Below, in pieces: positions 1 to 8,425 of a DNA stretch of 31,851 bases. Every line of letters begins with the position of its first letter. Position 1 is the first letter of the stretch. The stretch lies in the IMG/VR virus record IMGVR_UViG_3300018073_000005, positions 1 through 31,851 of that record. One strand, 5' to 3'. The translations under genes were made by a program, and so were the position numbers. The stretch comes from a virus. Under the pieces are notes generated by a model that had not been told where the DNA came from, did not search any database, and saw only the letters and a program-made list of their open reading frames with translations.

Positions 1-123
1 CATTGTGCCGACGCCAGCCCTGAGTGAGTTCCTAGTGATTGCCGACGAAAGCGGCCCGGACTATCTGGCCGAGATCGACAAGAAGGCCGCGTTCAGCATT
101 GAGTCGTTCGATGCACGGGCGGC
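1..123. repeat. Terminal overlap copy 1 (identical to 31729-31851)
   Basis: Base-by-base hand comparison shows a 123/123 match with the last 123 nt of the window. Confidence 0.95.
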
Positions 124-245
124 GCCTCGGGCGCGTCCTCGTCGGGGGTCTCAGGGGTCTCAGGCGTATCAGGGGTCTCGTCCTCGGGCAGCTCGGGCTG
201 GTCGTCGTCGGGGTCCACGATCGTCTCGTCAGGTTTCGGGCTCAT
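93..245 (-). CDS. Small hyper-acidic Pro/Asp/Glu/Thr-rich protein (50 aa), hypothetical
   Basis: ATG at 245. Sequence is MSPKPDETIVDPDDDQPELPEDETPDTPETPETPDEDAPEAPP... Third codon positions are mostly G/C in this frame (hand check), unlike the overlapping plus frame. It overlaps the end of the upstream gene by 17 nt. Confidence 0.4.
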   Translation of the reverse strand: MSPKPDETIVDPDDDQPELPEDETPDTPETPETPDEDAPEAPPVHRTTQC

Positions 246-417
246 GGGATGCCTCCGAGGTTGCAGCTTTTTCGTCATAGACGGCGTCAGCCTGAAGTTC
301 TTTCACGTAGGGAACCGTCCGCGCTTGAACGACGACTTCGCGCCATTCAGCTTCGCTGAGCAGTCGATGGAACACCAACGTCAACGTGATCGCGTTGATC
401 GGATGATCGCTTTCCAC
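229..417 (-). CDS. Hypothetical protein (62 aa)
   Basis: GTG start at 417, one nt after the TAG stop (419-421) of the upstream gene. No recognisable motif. Confidence 0.45.
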   Translation of the reverse strand: MESDHPINAITLTLVFHRLLSEAEWREVVVQARTVPYVKELQADAVYDEKAATSEASHEPET

Positions 418-418
418 G

Positions 419-709
419 CTACGACTCGTCGGCGTCGGCGGTGCCGCCGAAGCGTTCCTGCTTCTCTTCGTCGCTGATGACTTCGATCGGCTTGCCGGTA
501 TACCGATTCGCGATCACCCACTCGGTCTCGTGCAGCTCGTACGTCTTCGTGTCGGTGAAGACGCGCGGCAGGCCGTCGGTGAACAGGTCCGGGATCAGCA
601 CCGCGCCGATCGGCAGCGGCGCCGCCGCGAGGTACTGCTCGGCGTAGACCTTGAGCGGCCGTTCGGTGTGCTGCTGCTGGTTCCCGGCCGGCGGATGCGG
701 AGGCGGCAT
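419..709 (-). CDS. Hypothetical protein (96 aa), distal end of tail operon
   Basis: ATG at 709 is preceded by AAGGAG with about 8 nt spacing. The longer listed ORF (to 1099) overlaps the preceding gene and was trimmed. Confidence 0.6.
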   Translation of the reverse strand: MPPPHPPAGNQQQHTERPLKVYAEQYLAAAPLPIGAVLIPDLFTDGLPRVFTDTKTYELHETEWVIANRYTGKPIEVISDEEKQERFGGTADADES

Positions 710-723
710 GGCGGTGATCTCCT

Positions 724-1257
724 TCAGGCGATTTCGTAGCTGCCGCGGACGGACAGCACGGCGCCCGCGGCCCAGGTGAACGGCGTCGTCGGGTTCACGA
801 GCGCGCCCGAGGACGTGGTCATGTAGACGTACGAGCCGAGGCTGTACGCCGTCATCGAGCCCTGGACGGCGCCCCCGGCGGTCATCGCGCCGCACCGCAG
901 GTTCACTTCCTGCGCCGGCCCGCCGAACGCCACGCTCGGAAAGGGGAGCCCCAGCATCCAGTACGAGCTGGTCCCGTAGGTCGTGGTCGATCCCATCCGC
1001 AGCACGATCGCGACGTCGACCCACTTGCCGATCTGGAGGTAGCGCCCCGTGATGATCCCGTTGCCCATGCCGGGCCCGGTCCCATCGGAGCCAGCCCACC
1101 CCGGGACGTACGGCGTCCAGAGGCCGGCGACGCCGGGCAAGGCGTCGATCGGATCGAGGATCACGTCCTTGATGTCTTGCTTGCCCCAGACGGTGCCGAC
1201 GGTGTTGGTGCCGTCGTCGTCGACCAGGGCGTTGTACGGACCACGGTTGATACCCAT
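724..1257 (-). CDS. Putative tail fibre / receptor-binding tip protein (177 aa)
   Basis: ATG at 1257 abuts the TAA of the 778-aa tail protein. The sequence is Gly/Thr/Ser-rich and beta-type. The assignment is positional only. Confidence 0.45.
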   Translation of the reverse strand: MGINRGPYNALVDDDGTNTVGTVWGKQDIKDVILDPIDALPGVAGLWTPYVPGWAGSDGTGPGMGNGIITGRYLQIGKWVDVAIVLRMGSTTTYGTSSYWMLGLPFPSVAFGGPAQEVNLRCGAMTAGGAVQGSMTAYSLGSYVYMTTSSGALVNPTTPFTWAAGAVLSVRGSYEIA

Positions 1258-3594
1258 TTACACCCCGAGGGCTTTCGTCAGTTTCCGCAGCAGGCTATCG
1301 AGGGAGAAGCGCGTGCTCGAGGCGGTGACCTCGAAGCGCGGGTAGAGCCCGGGCGCGATGTCGATCTCGCTGATCTGCACTTCCTGAATCACGAGGTCGG
1401 CGGTGATCGGCGGGCTGGCGAGGGCGACGGTGACCGGCTTGCCGGATTTCGTTTTCACGTCCCGGGTCGCGTAGCGCACGGTCTGAATCGGCCGAGAGAA
1501 GATCGCCAGCGTGGCATCGCACAGCGCGGTCAGCGACAGAATGCCCCGGCGTTCGTCCACCAGGATCGGCCCCTCATAGACGCCATCCGCCAGCACGCGA
1601 TTGTTCCCGACGTCGATCGCGGCCTGCGTGTCTTGCGCGGGCACGTGGTCGCGCTGCACCCAGATGTGCACGCGCGCCCCACGGGGGATTGGCACCGTCA
1701 GACCGGTCACGCCGGTCAGGGCGGGGACCGGGACCACGGTCGTGCTATACAGCACGCTCGTCCGAATGGACCCCGGCCCGTCGACCGGAATACCCGTCAA
1801 GCTATTGCCACTCACCGCCGCATACCGGACGCGGTCGCCGCTCGAGGTGATGAACCAGCCGCCCGTGGGGGCAAACGAGCCAGCCCCGGTCGTCAGGATG
1901 GACGTGGCGCCCGCGTTGTATTGGCCGGTCGCCTGCGTCAGGCCCGCCGTATCACTCGCCGGGGCATTCGCGCCGAGACTCCCGTCGGCCGTCGCATCCT
2001 GCACGCCCGCCGTCGCCGTGTTGTTCGCGATCGTCTGCTGGAGCTTCAGTTGCGAGGCATTGACGGCGGTGCGATAGACACGGCGGCTGGTCGTCCCGCT
2101 GGGACCGACGGCCACCCCTGCGATGTTGACCCGGCGGAACGCCGGAATGTTCGCGGTGCCCACACTCGGCGGGGTGGCGGCGCTGGCGATGTCCGCATCG
2201 CCTAAGTAGAGGTCATAGACAGGACTCGCAAAGCCGCCGCTTTGGCTGCCGAAGAGCCGAAACGTGCCCCCGTTCACGCTCCGGTAGAACCGGACACCCG
2301 TGATAATGCCGTGGGCGACACTCTGGCTCAGGCCGGCATACGTGAGGTAGATGTTGACCCCGAAATTCGCGTCCGCGACGATGCCCGGCGACACATTCCC
2401 GAGGACCGTCTCGCCGTAGTCCGTCACAAACGTGTACCCGTAGCGGTACGTGGCCCCAGCGGTCAGCCGATGCGGAACCGGATTGTAGTAGCCATATTCG
2501 CTCTGCTGCGGATTGGGGACTTCGATGGACGGGCCAATCGGCACCACGTCGTACGTGGTCACGCTTTGCCGAGGCCCGACCAGCGTGCTGCCCGCCGCGG
2601 TCACCCACGCGAAGGCGTACTCATAGACGCCGAGAGCTAAGCCGGCGCCGGCTGCAATCGTGACGGCCGGCGCGGTACTCGGCGTGACGCCTGGACCGAC
2701 CAGCGCGCCCCCCTCGGTGGCCTGCAGCCCGGTGTAGCCGAGGATCAGCGTCGGCGACCCGTCGGGGGTCGTCGTCACAATGGCCCGGCCGCCGAGCGGG
2801 TCGAACATCACCGCATCCTCGACGGGCAAGATCGTTTCGCCCGCGACGACATCCACGGGCACCACTTCGCCGTGGCCCCGTCCGTAGACGCGCGTGCGCA
2901 GCTGCGAGACATCCTGGCTCTCGGCGATCGGGGGATCGTTCAGGAACGGATGGCCGGCATCGATCGGATCACACGGGTCCTCGAGCAGCTCGAGGAACAA
3001 GAACGCGATGCCCTCCTCGAACTTGTAATAGCCACCAATCAAGTTGGCCATCTGCGCGAAGGCCGCGCTCATGCCCTCGGTGCCGTCGAGAAAGATGTCG
3101 ACCAGCGGCAGGCCCGCTTCAATGCCGGCGGTCGAGAGGTCGGGCGCGTAGGTCGTGATCAGTTCGATCGCGACGGCGGTCGCCGAGACCCGGTTCCAGA
3201 CGCCGAAGGGGCGGCGCCGGTTCGCGAGCGCGGTGTCATCGATGGCCGCGCACTCCCACGCGACGGTCGAGGGCCGGCCGACGTAGCTGATGGCCACCGT
3301 CTGCAGCGTGCCGGAGAAGAGCACGATCGGAAAGTCGGCGTCGAGCGTCACGACCAGCTTCTGATTCGGCTGCGGGGCCGTGGGGCCGTAGTACGTGAAC
3401 CCGCAGGTATTCGGCGCGTCGTTGAGGATGTCGGAGATCCGCAAGTTGCCGACCTTGACCGCGCCCGTGATCCGCACGCCCGAGAGATAGATCCCGACCT
3501 TGGTCGCGCGGATCGGACTCAGCGCCGCCGGCAGGTAGTTCAGCCTGAAGTTGTTCAGGCGCGCGGTGCCGAGGACGGCGGGCTGCATCGGCAT
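1258..3594 (-). CDS. Large distal-tail / host-specificity protein (778 aa)
   Basis: Its start overlaps the tape-measure stop by 1 nt (TGATG). It has internal recurring aromatic beta motifs (YEYAFAWVT, YRYGYTFVT, VRFYRSV, RRVYRTAV, RVRYAAV). It lies directly after the tape measure. Confidence 0.6.
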   Translation of the reverse strand: MPMQPAVLGTARLNNFRLNYLPAALSPIRATKVGIYLSGVRITGAVKVGNLRISDILNDAPNTCGFTYYGPTAPQPNQKLVVTLDADFPIVLFSGTLQTVAISYVGRPSTVAWECAAIDDTALANRRRPFGVWNRVSATAVAIELITTYAPDLSTAGIEAGLPLVDIFLDGTEGMSAAFAQMANLIGGYYKFEEGIAFLFLELLEDPCDPIDAGHPFLNDPPIAESQDVSQLRTRVYGRGHGEVVPVDVVAGETILPVEDAVMFDPLGGRAIVTTTPDGSPTLILGYTGLQATEGGALVGPGVTPSTAPAVTIAAGAGLALGVYEYAFAWVTAAGSTLVGPRQSVTTYDVVPIGPSIEVPNPQQSEYGYYNPVPHRLTAGATYRYGYTFVTDYGETVLGNVSPGIVADANFGVNIYLTYAGLSQSVAHGIITGVRFYRSVNGGTFRLFGSQSGGFASPVYDLYLGDADIASAATPPSVGTANIPAFRRVNIAGVAVGPSGTTSRRVYRTAVNASQLKLQQTIANNTATAGVQDATADGSLGANAPASDTAGLTQATGQYNAGATSILTTGAGSFAPTGGWFITSSGDRVRYAAVSGNSLTGIPVDGPGSIRTSVLYSTTVVPVPALTGVTGLTVPIPRGARVHIWVQRDHVPAQDTQAAIDVGNNRVLADGVYEGPILVDERRGILSLTALCDATLAIFSRPIQTVRYATRDVKTKSGKPVTVALASPPITADLVIQEVQISEIDIAPGLYPRFEVTASSTRFSLDSLLRKLTKALGV

Positions 3595-5939
3595 CAGCTC
3601 GCCCCGAACTGCTGGCCTCTCATGGCCGCTCGCATAATCTCGTCGCTCACCTGGCGGGCGACGTCGGCGGCCGTGCCGTTCACGTGAATCGCGATGTGCT
3701 GCACGACGCCGGCCCGCCCGTTCGGGACGATGCCGCCGCTCGTCGAGGGCACGAAGAGTTCCGGCCCGCGCTCGCCGACCATGTAGGGCTGGCCGCTGGT
3801 GACCGGCCCGCCCGCGGCCCTGGCGAAGATCGGCGGGGCGACGTAGATGGGGCTCTGCATGCCAGTCTTCGGGCCGCCCACGGCGGCCGCATTGCCGACG
3901 ACGTCGACCGCCATCCCTTTTTGCACCTGGTTGGCCACGATGTTGAGCAAGGCCAGCGTATCCATCCCCTTCTTGGCGACCACATCGAGGGCATCTGTCG
4001 CGGACTTGCTAATCGCGGCAGCTTCGCGCGCGGCCTGCGCCATGATGAGCCGGGAGTACTCCTCCAACTGCGCCGGTGCCCCGGCGTACGCCTTGATCTT
4101 GGCCGCCGCGGCTTCGTTGACCTTGGCGATTTGGTAGTCGGTGCTGCTCAACGTCGAGCGCAGGATGAGGTCGTGTTCGTCCTGATGGAGTTTCGTGATC
4201 TCGTCGCTCGCCTTTTTTTCGGCTTCCTTCCGCTTCTGCGAGGACTCTTGTTCGACCTTGTCGAGGCCCAAGACGCCCTGCTCGCGCTCGCGGCGGTTGT
4301 CCTTCTCGATCTTCGCGATCTCCTTCAGGGTGTCCTGAAATTCCTTCAGCGCCCGGCCGTGCAGCCCGGTCGCCGTCGTGGCCGCCTCGGTCGAGGACGT
4401 CGATTCCTTGGTCTCCTTGATGTGCGTGGTCGTAGCACCTGTCGCGGCGACCATCGCATCGCGTGTCGTGACGAGGACGCCCCCCAGCTTGTCGAGCGTC
4501 TTATCGAACTCGGAATTGCCGGTCACGCCCTTGAAGGCTTCCTGGGCTTCGGCATCGAGGGCCTTGGCCGTGCCCCACAGTTCGTCGGCCATCGTGCGCG
4601 CCGACGCGGCGGCCAGGCGCGTTTGCTCCGTCGCGAAGGGCAGGTACGTGGCGCCCTGGGCAATGCGCGCATACGCCTCGGCCGCGGCGGCCGACATGTT
4701 CACCAGGCCGGACTCCACCCCGAGCACGACCGTCTTCACGAGCGACCACGCGATGTTGAAATCGCGCGCGCCCTCGATGGCGAACCGCGCAAAGTCGACC
4801 ACGACGATCGCCGCCTTATTGACCGCGAGGGCGATCGCATCAATCAGGGCTTGCTGATTGCCCCCGAAGGCGTCGACGAGCGCCTTCTTCAGCGTCGAGA
4901 AGCCCGCCTCGAGCGTCTCCGACTCCGCGATGGTCTTCCCGAGTGCCAGGCGGAAATTCGTCCACGAGGTCTCGGCCTGGGCGACGTGTTCGCCGAGCCC
5001 ATCGGTCTGTTCGCCGAGGCGGGCCGTGGCCGCCCCGACGGCCTTGAGCATCGCCTGGCGATCGGCGTGCAGCTTCTCGTCGTCGTCCAGTTTCTCGGCC
5101 GTGGTGCCCAGGCTGGCCGCGTAATCGTCCTCAGCCGCCTTCAGATCGATCTGCCCGGTGAGCATCTCCAGCGCCCGCCCCCGGCCGCTCAACATGGCGT
5201 CGTTCATCGTCTCGAGGGCGGTCTTGACGTCGACCCCGGTGGCTTGCGCCAGCGCGAACGCGCCCTTGGCGAGCGTGTTGAACTGCGCGTCGGTGAGCGT
5301 CATGCCGGCGGCGAGGTCCCGGTTCGCCACCTGCATGAGTTCAAAATCCGTGATCGTGTTGTGCGTGCCCGTGCGCAACGCGCCGAGGAGCGTGTCCCCG
5401 AGCCGGCCCGCTTCGTCGGTGAGATGGGCGAAGTTGCCGGCGACGCCCGAGACCGTGGCGCCCTCGAGCGCCAGTTCGCCGATCTCCGTGACGAGCTTGA
5501 CGATGGCGTCGAAGGCTTTCTCCGCGCCTTTCAGAATCAGATCGGCCGTCACGAAACTGCCGACCAAGGTCGAAAAGGAGGTCGTGGCGGTCTTCGCGCC
5601 CGTATCGAGCTTCTTGAAATCCTCCGCGAGCGCGGCGATTTCCGGCGGCACGGCCTGGCCCATTGCGGTCAACTTCTCGGCGGCCTCGGTGGCGGTCGCG
5701 CCGACCTTCCGGAGTTCCTTCTCCGTGAGGTTCGAGCTGCCGCCGACGCGCTCGACGGCCTCGGCCATCAGCGTCGCATCCTGGATGATCTTGCGCCCGG
5801 TAAAGTTGTCGACCATCCGATCGAGCGACGCCTTGACCTTCTCGGAGCCGGTCTCGAAGCCCTTGAGCGACACCACGGCCTCATCGCAGGCGCGCGTGAA
5901 GTCGCTGAAATCCGCGAACAGTTCGCCAGTCAGGGCCAT
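3594..5939 (-). CDS. Tail tape measure protein (781 aa)
   Basis: A long Ala/Leu/Glu/Lys-rich helical protein directly downstream of the frameshifted chaperone pair, with a Gly-rich C-terminal segment. ATG at 5939. Confidence 0.85.
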   Translation of the reverse strand: MALTGELFADFSDFTRACDEAVVSLKGFETGSEKVKASLDRMVDNFTGRKIIQDATLMAEAVERVGGSSNLTEKELRKVGATATEAAEKLTAMGQAVPPEIAALAEDFKKLDTGAKTATTSFSTLVGSFVTADLILKGAEKAFDAIVKLVTEIGELALEGATVSGVAGNFAHLTDEAGRLGDTLLGALRTGTHNTITDFELMQVANRDLAAGMTLTDAQFNTLAKGAFALAQATGVDVKTALETMNDAMLSGRGRALEMLTGQIDLKAAEDDYAASLGTTAEKLDDDEKLHADRQAMLKAVGAATARLGEQTDGLGEHVAQAETSWTNFRLALGKTIAESETLEAGFSTLKKALVDAFGGNQQALIDAIALAVNKAAIVVVDFARFAIEGARDFNIAWSLVKTVVLGVESGLVNMSAAAAEAYARIAQGATYLPFATEQTRLAAASARTMADELWGTAKALDAEAQEAFKGVTGNSEFDKTLDKLGGVLVTTRDAMVAATGATTTHIKETKESTSSTEAATTATGLHGRALKEFQDTLKEIAKIEKDNRREREQGVLGLDKVEQESSQKRKEAEKKASDEITKLHQDEHDLILRSTLSSTDYQIAKVNEAAAAKIKAYAGAPAQLEEYSRLIMAQAAREAAAISKSATDALDVVAKKGMDTLALLNIVANQVQKGMAVDVVGNAAAVGGPKTGMQSPIYVAPPIFARAAGGPVTSGQPYMVGERGPELFVPSTSGGIVPNGRAGVVQHIAIHVNGTAADVARQVSDEIMRAAMRGQQFGAS

Positions 5940-5942
5940 GCG

Positions 5943-6424
5943 TTATCGGCTTTCCTGATTCAGCATGTCGATCAGCACGGTATAGACCTCGCGCGGGAGG
6001 GCGCGCACGTCGTCATACGTCCAGTGCATCGCGCGGCAGACATTCAGGTCGCTGCGGATGCGGGCACGCCAGCCGTCCCAGCCGGGGTCGCCTTTTTTTT
6101 TGCGAGGAGTTGCTCTTGCGCGGCTTCGTGCTTGTCGAGCGCGGCGACCAGTTCGCGCAACGTCCCCTTGTCGAGGGCGCCGATGGTGTCGCGGCGCGCG
6201 GTCTCGGGGTCATCGAGGGCGTAGGGGATCGCTTGATCCGCCTCGCCGACGAACGACCAGCCCACGACATAGGCGAGGATTTTGGCGAACTTCTGCCGGT
6301 CGGCCATCGCGGTGAGGAGGTCGTAATACTCGCCCGCGTTCAGCTCACGCTTGCAATCGATCCAGTCGCCGTCCGACAGTGGCACGCGGACCACGGCGGG
6401 CAGGACGACCCGTGAACGCCCCAT
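5943..6424 (-). CDS. Tail assembly chaperone GT-like product via programmed -1 frameshift (about 160 aa)
   Basis: I hand-translated the -1 frame after A_AAA_AAG. It reads GDPGWDGWRARIRSDLNVCRAMHWTYDDVRALPREVYTVLIDMLNQESR, 49 codons with high GC3. It ends at TAA 5945-5943, 4 nt before the tape-measure ATG. Confidence 0.65.
6044..6424 (-). CDS. Tail assembly chaperone, G-like zero-frame product (126 aa)
   Basis: ATG at 6424 with AAGGAG upstream. It sits between the tail tube and tape measure genes and contains the slippery A-run near its 3' end. Confidence 0.75.
   Translation of the reverse strand: MGRSRVVLPAVVRVPLSDGDWIDCKRELNAGEYYDLLTAMADRQKFAKILAYVVGWSFVGEADQAIPYALDDPETARRDTIGALDKGTLRELVAALDKHEAAQEQLLAKKKATPAGTAGVPASAAT
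6092..6101 (-). promoter_or_regulatory. Slippery site A_AAA_AAG (dnaX-type heptamer inside an A9 run) for the -1 frameshift
   Basis: The plus strand shows T9 at 6093-6101. The zero-frame codons are GCA AAA AAA AAG. Confidence 0.65.
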
Positions 6425-6466
6425 AGACTCGTCTCCTTTGTTGCACCCAGGGATCCCGTCGAGGTC

Positions 6467-6730
6467 TTACCGCAGCGGCGGATCGAGCCACGCCGACCAC
6501 CGATGCCCGTCTGGATGGAGCGTCATCGATCGGATCGGCCAGCGCCACTCGCCTTTGGTGTGCTTCGCGTGGAGCACGAGCGGTCGCTGGGCCATCTTGA
6601 AGGCGTCCGCGAGGACCACAATGCCGCTCGCGGACCAGCCGCTGGTCTTCGACCAGGTCACGCGATAGCCGTTGATCGCCGCCGCCGTGTAGTACTGCCA
6701 CTTGACGGCGGCGACGACGCCCTCGATCAC
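6467..6730 (-). CDS. Hypothetical protein (87 aa) in tail module
   Basis: ATGA overlap with the tail tube gene stop (6727-6730). No motif recognised. Confidence 0.5.
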   Translation of the reverse strand: MIEGVVAAVKWQYYTAAAINGYRVTWSKTSGWSASGIVVLADAFKMAQRPLVLHAKHTKGEWRWPIRSMTLHPDGHRWSAWLDPPLR

Positions 6731-7194
6731 CCCCGGCGGTCCTCGTCACGGCGTGCGCCCCGCGCGGCGAGCGGCAGCGCCGTCGGGAAGGTCCACGGGC
6801 CGGCGCCGACGAACGTGCCCGAGACCGCGACGCCGCCATTGGCGTCGACCGAAATCTTGCCGTCGATCAGGCCCTTGCCGGCCCACTTGATGTCGACGTC
6901 GGCCTCGTTCGGGTACAGCTCGAGATAGGGCTTCGTGGTGCCGAAGATCACCGAGAACACATCGAGGCCATCGACAGGGTCGAACCATCCCCCGTAGCTG
7001 CCCTTCAAATCCGGAAGACCGTCGACGTATACGTGGTTTGAATCTCCAAACGCCGTGACGCGAACGTGGTCTTTGGACATGTCCAATTCCCACTTGTCGA
7101 GGCCCGCGACCACGACCGCGCCCACGCCGCCCACCCCGGCCGGATCCATCTTCACTTGCCCGTGCGCGCCATGCAGTCGATCATCAGCAGCCAT
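6727..7194 (-). CDS. Putative major tail (tube) protein (155 aa)
   Basis: ATG at 7194 with AAGGAGAAG upstream. It sits between the neck proteins and the chaperone pair. The assignment is positional. Confidence 0.55.
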   Translation of the reverse strand: MAADDRLHGAHGQVKMDPAGVGGVGAVVVAGLDKWELDMSKDHVRVTAFGDSNHVYVDGLPDLKGSYGGWFDPVDGLDVFSVIFGTTKPYLELYPNEADVDIKWAGKGLIDGKISVDANGGVAVSGTFVGAGPWTFPTALPLAARGARRDEDRRG

Positions 7195-7218
7195 TGGCTC
7201 TTCTCCTTCGGAACCCGG

Positions 7219-7668
7219 TTACAACGTGCGCGGCGAGACCCAGACGGTGAACTCGGCGCCGCGGTGACTCCAGCGAATCGAGCGGTCGATGTCGTCGATC
7301 TCGTCGTAGCGAATGCGATCCCGGCGCCGCGCCAGCTGCAGGCGGTAGCCGGGAATGGTCAGCGCCAGCGGCGGCGCCGGGGGTGGCGGGTCGAGGATCG
7401 CGTCGATGCGCGCTGCGGCCGCCTTGATGTTCCGGGCGCCGCCCCCTGTCGACAATTCGACGGCCTTGACGGCGTACACGTACGTCTCCCACGCCCGCCC
7501 GCCGAACTCGTGCACGTCCGCGTTGTCGGCCAGCGACACCAGCACGTACCGCGTCGACTTCTCGGGCGCGAGGCCGAAGTAGACCCCGTTCGGCATCAGC
7601 GCCAGCAGCTCGGTGTCGCTCCCGAGCCGCGCGACGATCGCGTTGTCGATGTCGGAGGAATCAGACAT
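7219..7668 (-). CDS. Putative tail completion/terminator protein (149 aa)
   Basis: Follows the gp10-like gene with an 8-nt overlap. Call is based on size and position only. Confidence 0.45.
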   Translation of the reverse strand: MSDSSDIDNAIVARLGSDTELLALMPNGVYFGLAPEKSTRYVLVSLADNADVHEFGGRAWETYVYAVKAVELSTGGGARNIKAAAARIDAILDPPPPAPPLALTIPGYRLQLARRRDRIRYDEIDDIDRSIRWSHRGAEFTVWVSPRTL

Positions 7669-8071
7669 GCCCCCGCACCTTTAGGCCGGCGCGCTCGAGT
7701 AGCTCCTCGATCTCGCCCCACATCTCCCGCCGATTCCGCGCCATCGTCTTGCCGTACGTATGCTTGGGCTCCATGCGCTTCAGCTTCCGGAGGCCGAAGT
7801 GCCGCGCCTCGGTCCCGTATTCATAGAGGTGCGCATGGGGCGCGCGGGTCTGCACGCGCGCCTTCGCGCCGAACGGACTCTTCGTGAACGTGACCTGCAC
7901 GCCCGCCCGCAGGTTCCCCGTCACCTTTGGATACGCGCGGCGCAGGTCCAGCACGGCGCGATTGCCTTGGGCCTCGATGATCTTGGCGGCCTCGCCCGCC
8001 AGTTCCGCCGGCAGGTTGCGGAGCGACGCCTTCAGCTCGTCGAGGCCGTCGATTTCAAACCAGGCACTCAT
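7661..8071 (-). CDS. HK97 gp10-family neck/tail-attachment protein (about 136 aa)
   Basis: ATG at 8071 forms an ATGA overlap with the upstream stop. Motifs TGNLRAGV and HLYEYGTE are typical of the gp10 family as I recall it. Confidence 0.65.
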   Translation of the reverse strand: MSAWFEIDGLDELKASLRNLPAELAGEAAKIIEAQGNRAVLDLRRAYPKVTGNLRAGVQVTFTKSPFGAKARVQTRAPHAHLYEYGTEARHFGLRKLKRMEPKHTYGKTMARNRREMWGEIEELLERAGLKVRGHV

Positions 8072-8421
8072 GGCGCGACCTCGACGCACAGCAGCACGAG
8101 TTCCACGTTCCGCTCGTCGGTATTCACCAAACTGATCACGCTGAACGTCCGGCCGTTGAAGTGCAGCCGCGTCTGGAGCGTGACCTGCGCGTGATAGGGC
8201 ATCGTCACGCGGTGCGTGGCCTGCGCGATGACGGTGCCGCCTTCGGCGCGCTCGCCCCCGCGCTCGAGCACCGGCAGGATGTTGGCGAACATCGCCGACG
8301 GCTGCAGCGGCACGGTCGTCTCGGTGAAGCTGCCATCGCTCGTCGGCACGGGCGGCCCCGGGTTGTCGAGCGTCACCCGGTGCGGCCGGAGACCCGCGGG
8401 CATCTGCATCAGCACGGGCAT
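8068..8421 (-). CDS. Head closure / head-tail adaptor protein (117 aa)
   Basis: The pattern HRVTL...DGSF...W...ANILP...HRVTMPY...RLHFNGRTFSVISLVN resembles SPP1 gp16/HK97-type head-tail joining proteins. Confidence 0.7.
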   Translation of the reverse strand: MPVLMQMPAGLRPHRVTLDNPGPPVPTSDGSFTETTVPLQPSAMFANILPVLERGGERAEGGTVIAQATHRVTMPYHAQVTLQTRLHFNGRTFSVISLVNTDERNVELVLLCVEVAP

Positions 8422-8425
8422 CGGC

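Noticed and set aside
1-123. Terminal repeats as attL/attR of an integrated prophage.
   Set aside because: The repeat lies inside an ORF and is distant from int and the tRNA-derived site. No host genes flank it. A circular assembly overlap is the simpler explanation.
124-280. The C-terminal 52 residues of the PIN-like ORF as genuine coding sequence.
   Set aside because: It is an Arg/Ser/Gly-rich string with T/A-rich third positions. The opposite strand shows the coding-like GC3 pattern. It is retained only as a nominal stop position.
4205-4215. A T7/A7 run inside the tape measure gene as a second frameshift site.
   Set aside because: The zero frame continues as a natural TMP sequence (EAEKKASDE). 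There is no alternative-frame ORF of note downstream.
3684-6224. Very long plus-strand ORF (846 aa) antisense to the tape measure gene. Similar cases are 8774-10756 (660 aa), 13734-15314 (526 aa), 1177-2205, 10840-12123, 18878-19831 and 23068-24474.
   Set aside because: These are shadow ORFs typical of high-GC DNA. Their translations are Arg/Gly/Ala/Pro/Asp-rich low complexity. Each lies antisense to a gene with clear family motifs and operon coupling.
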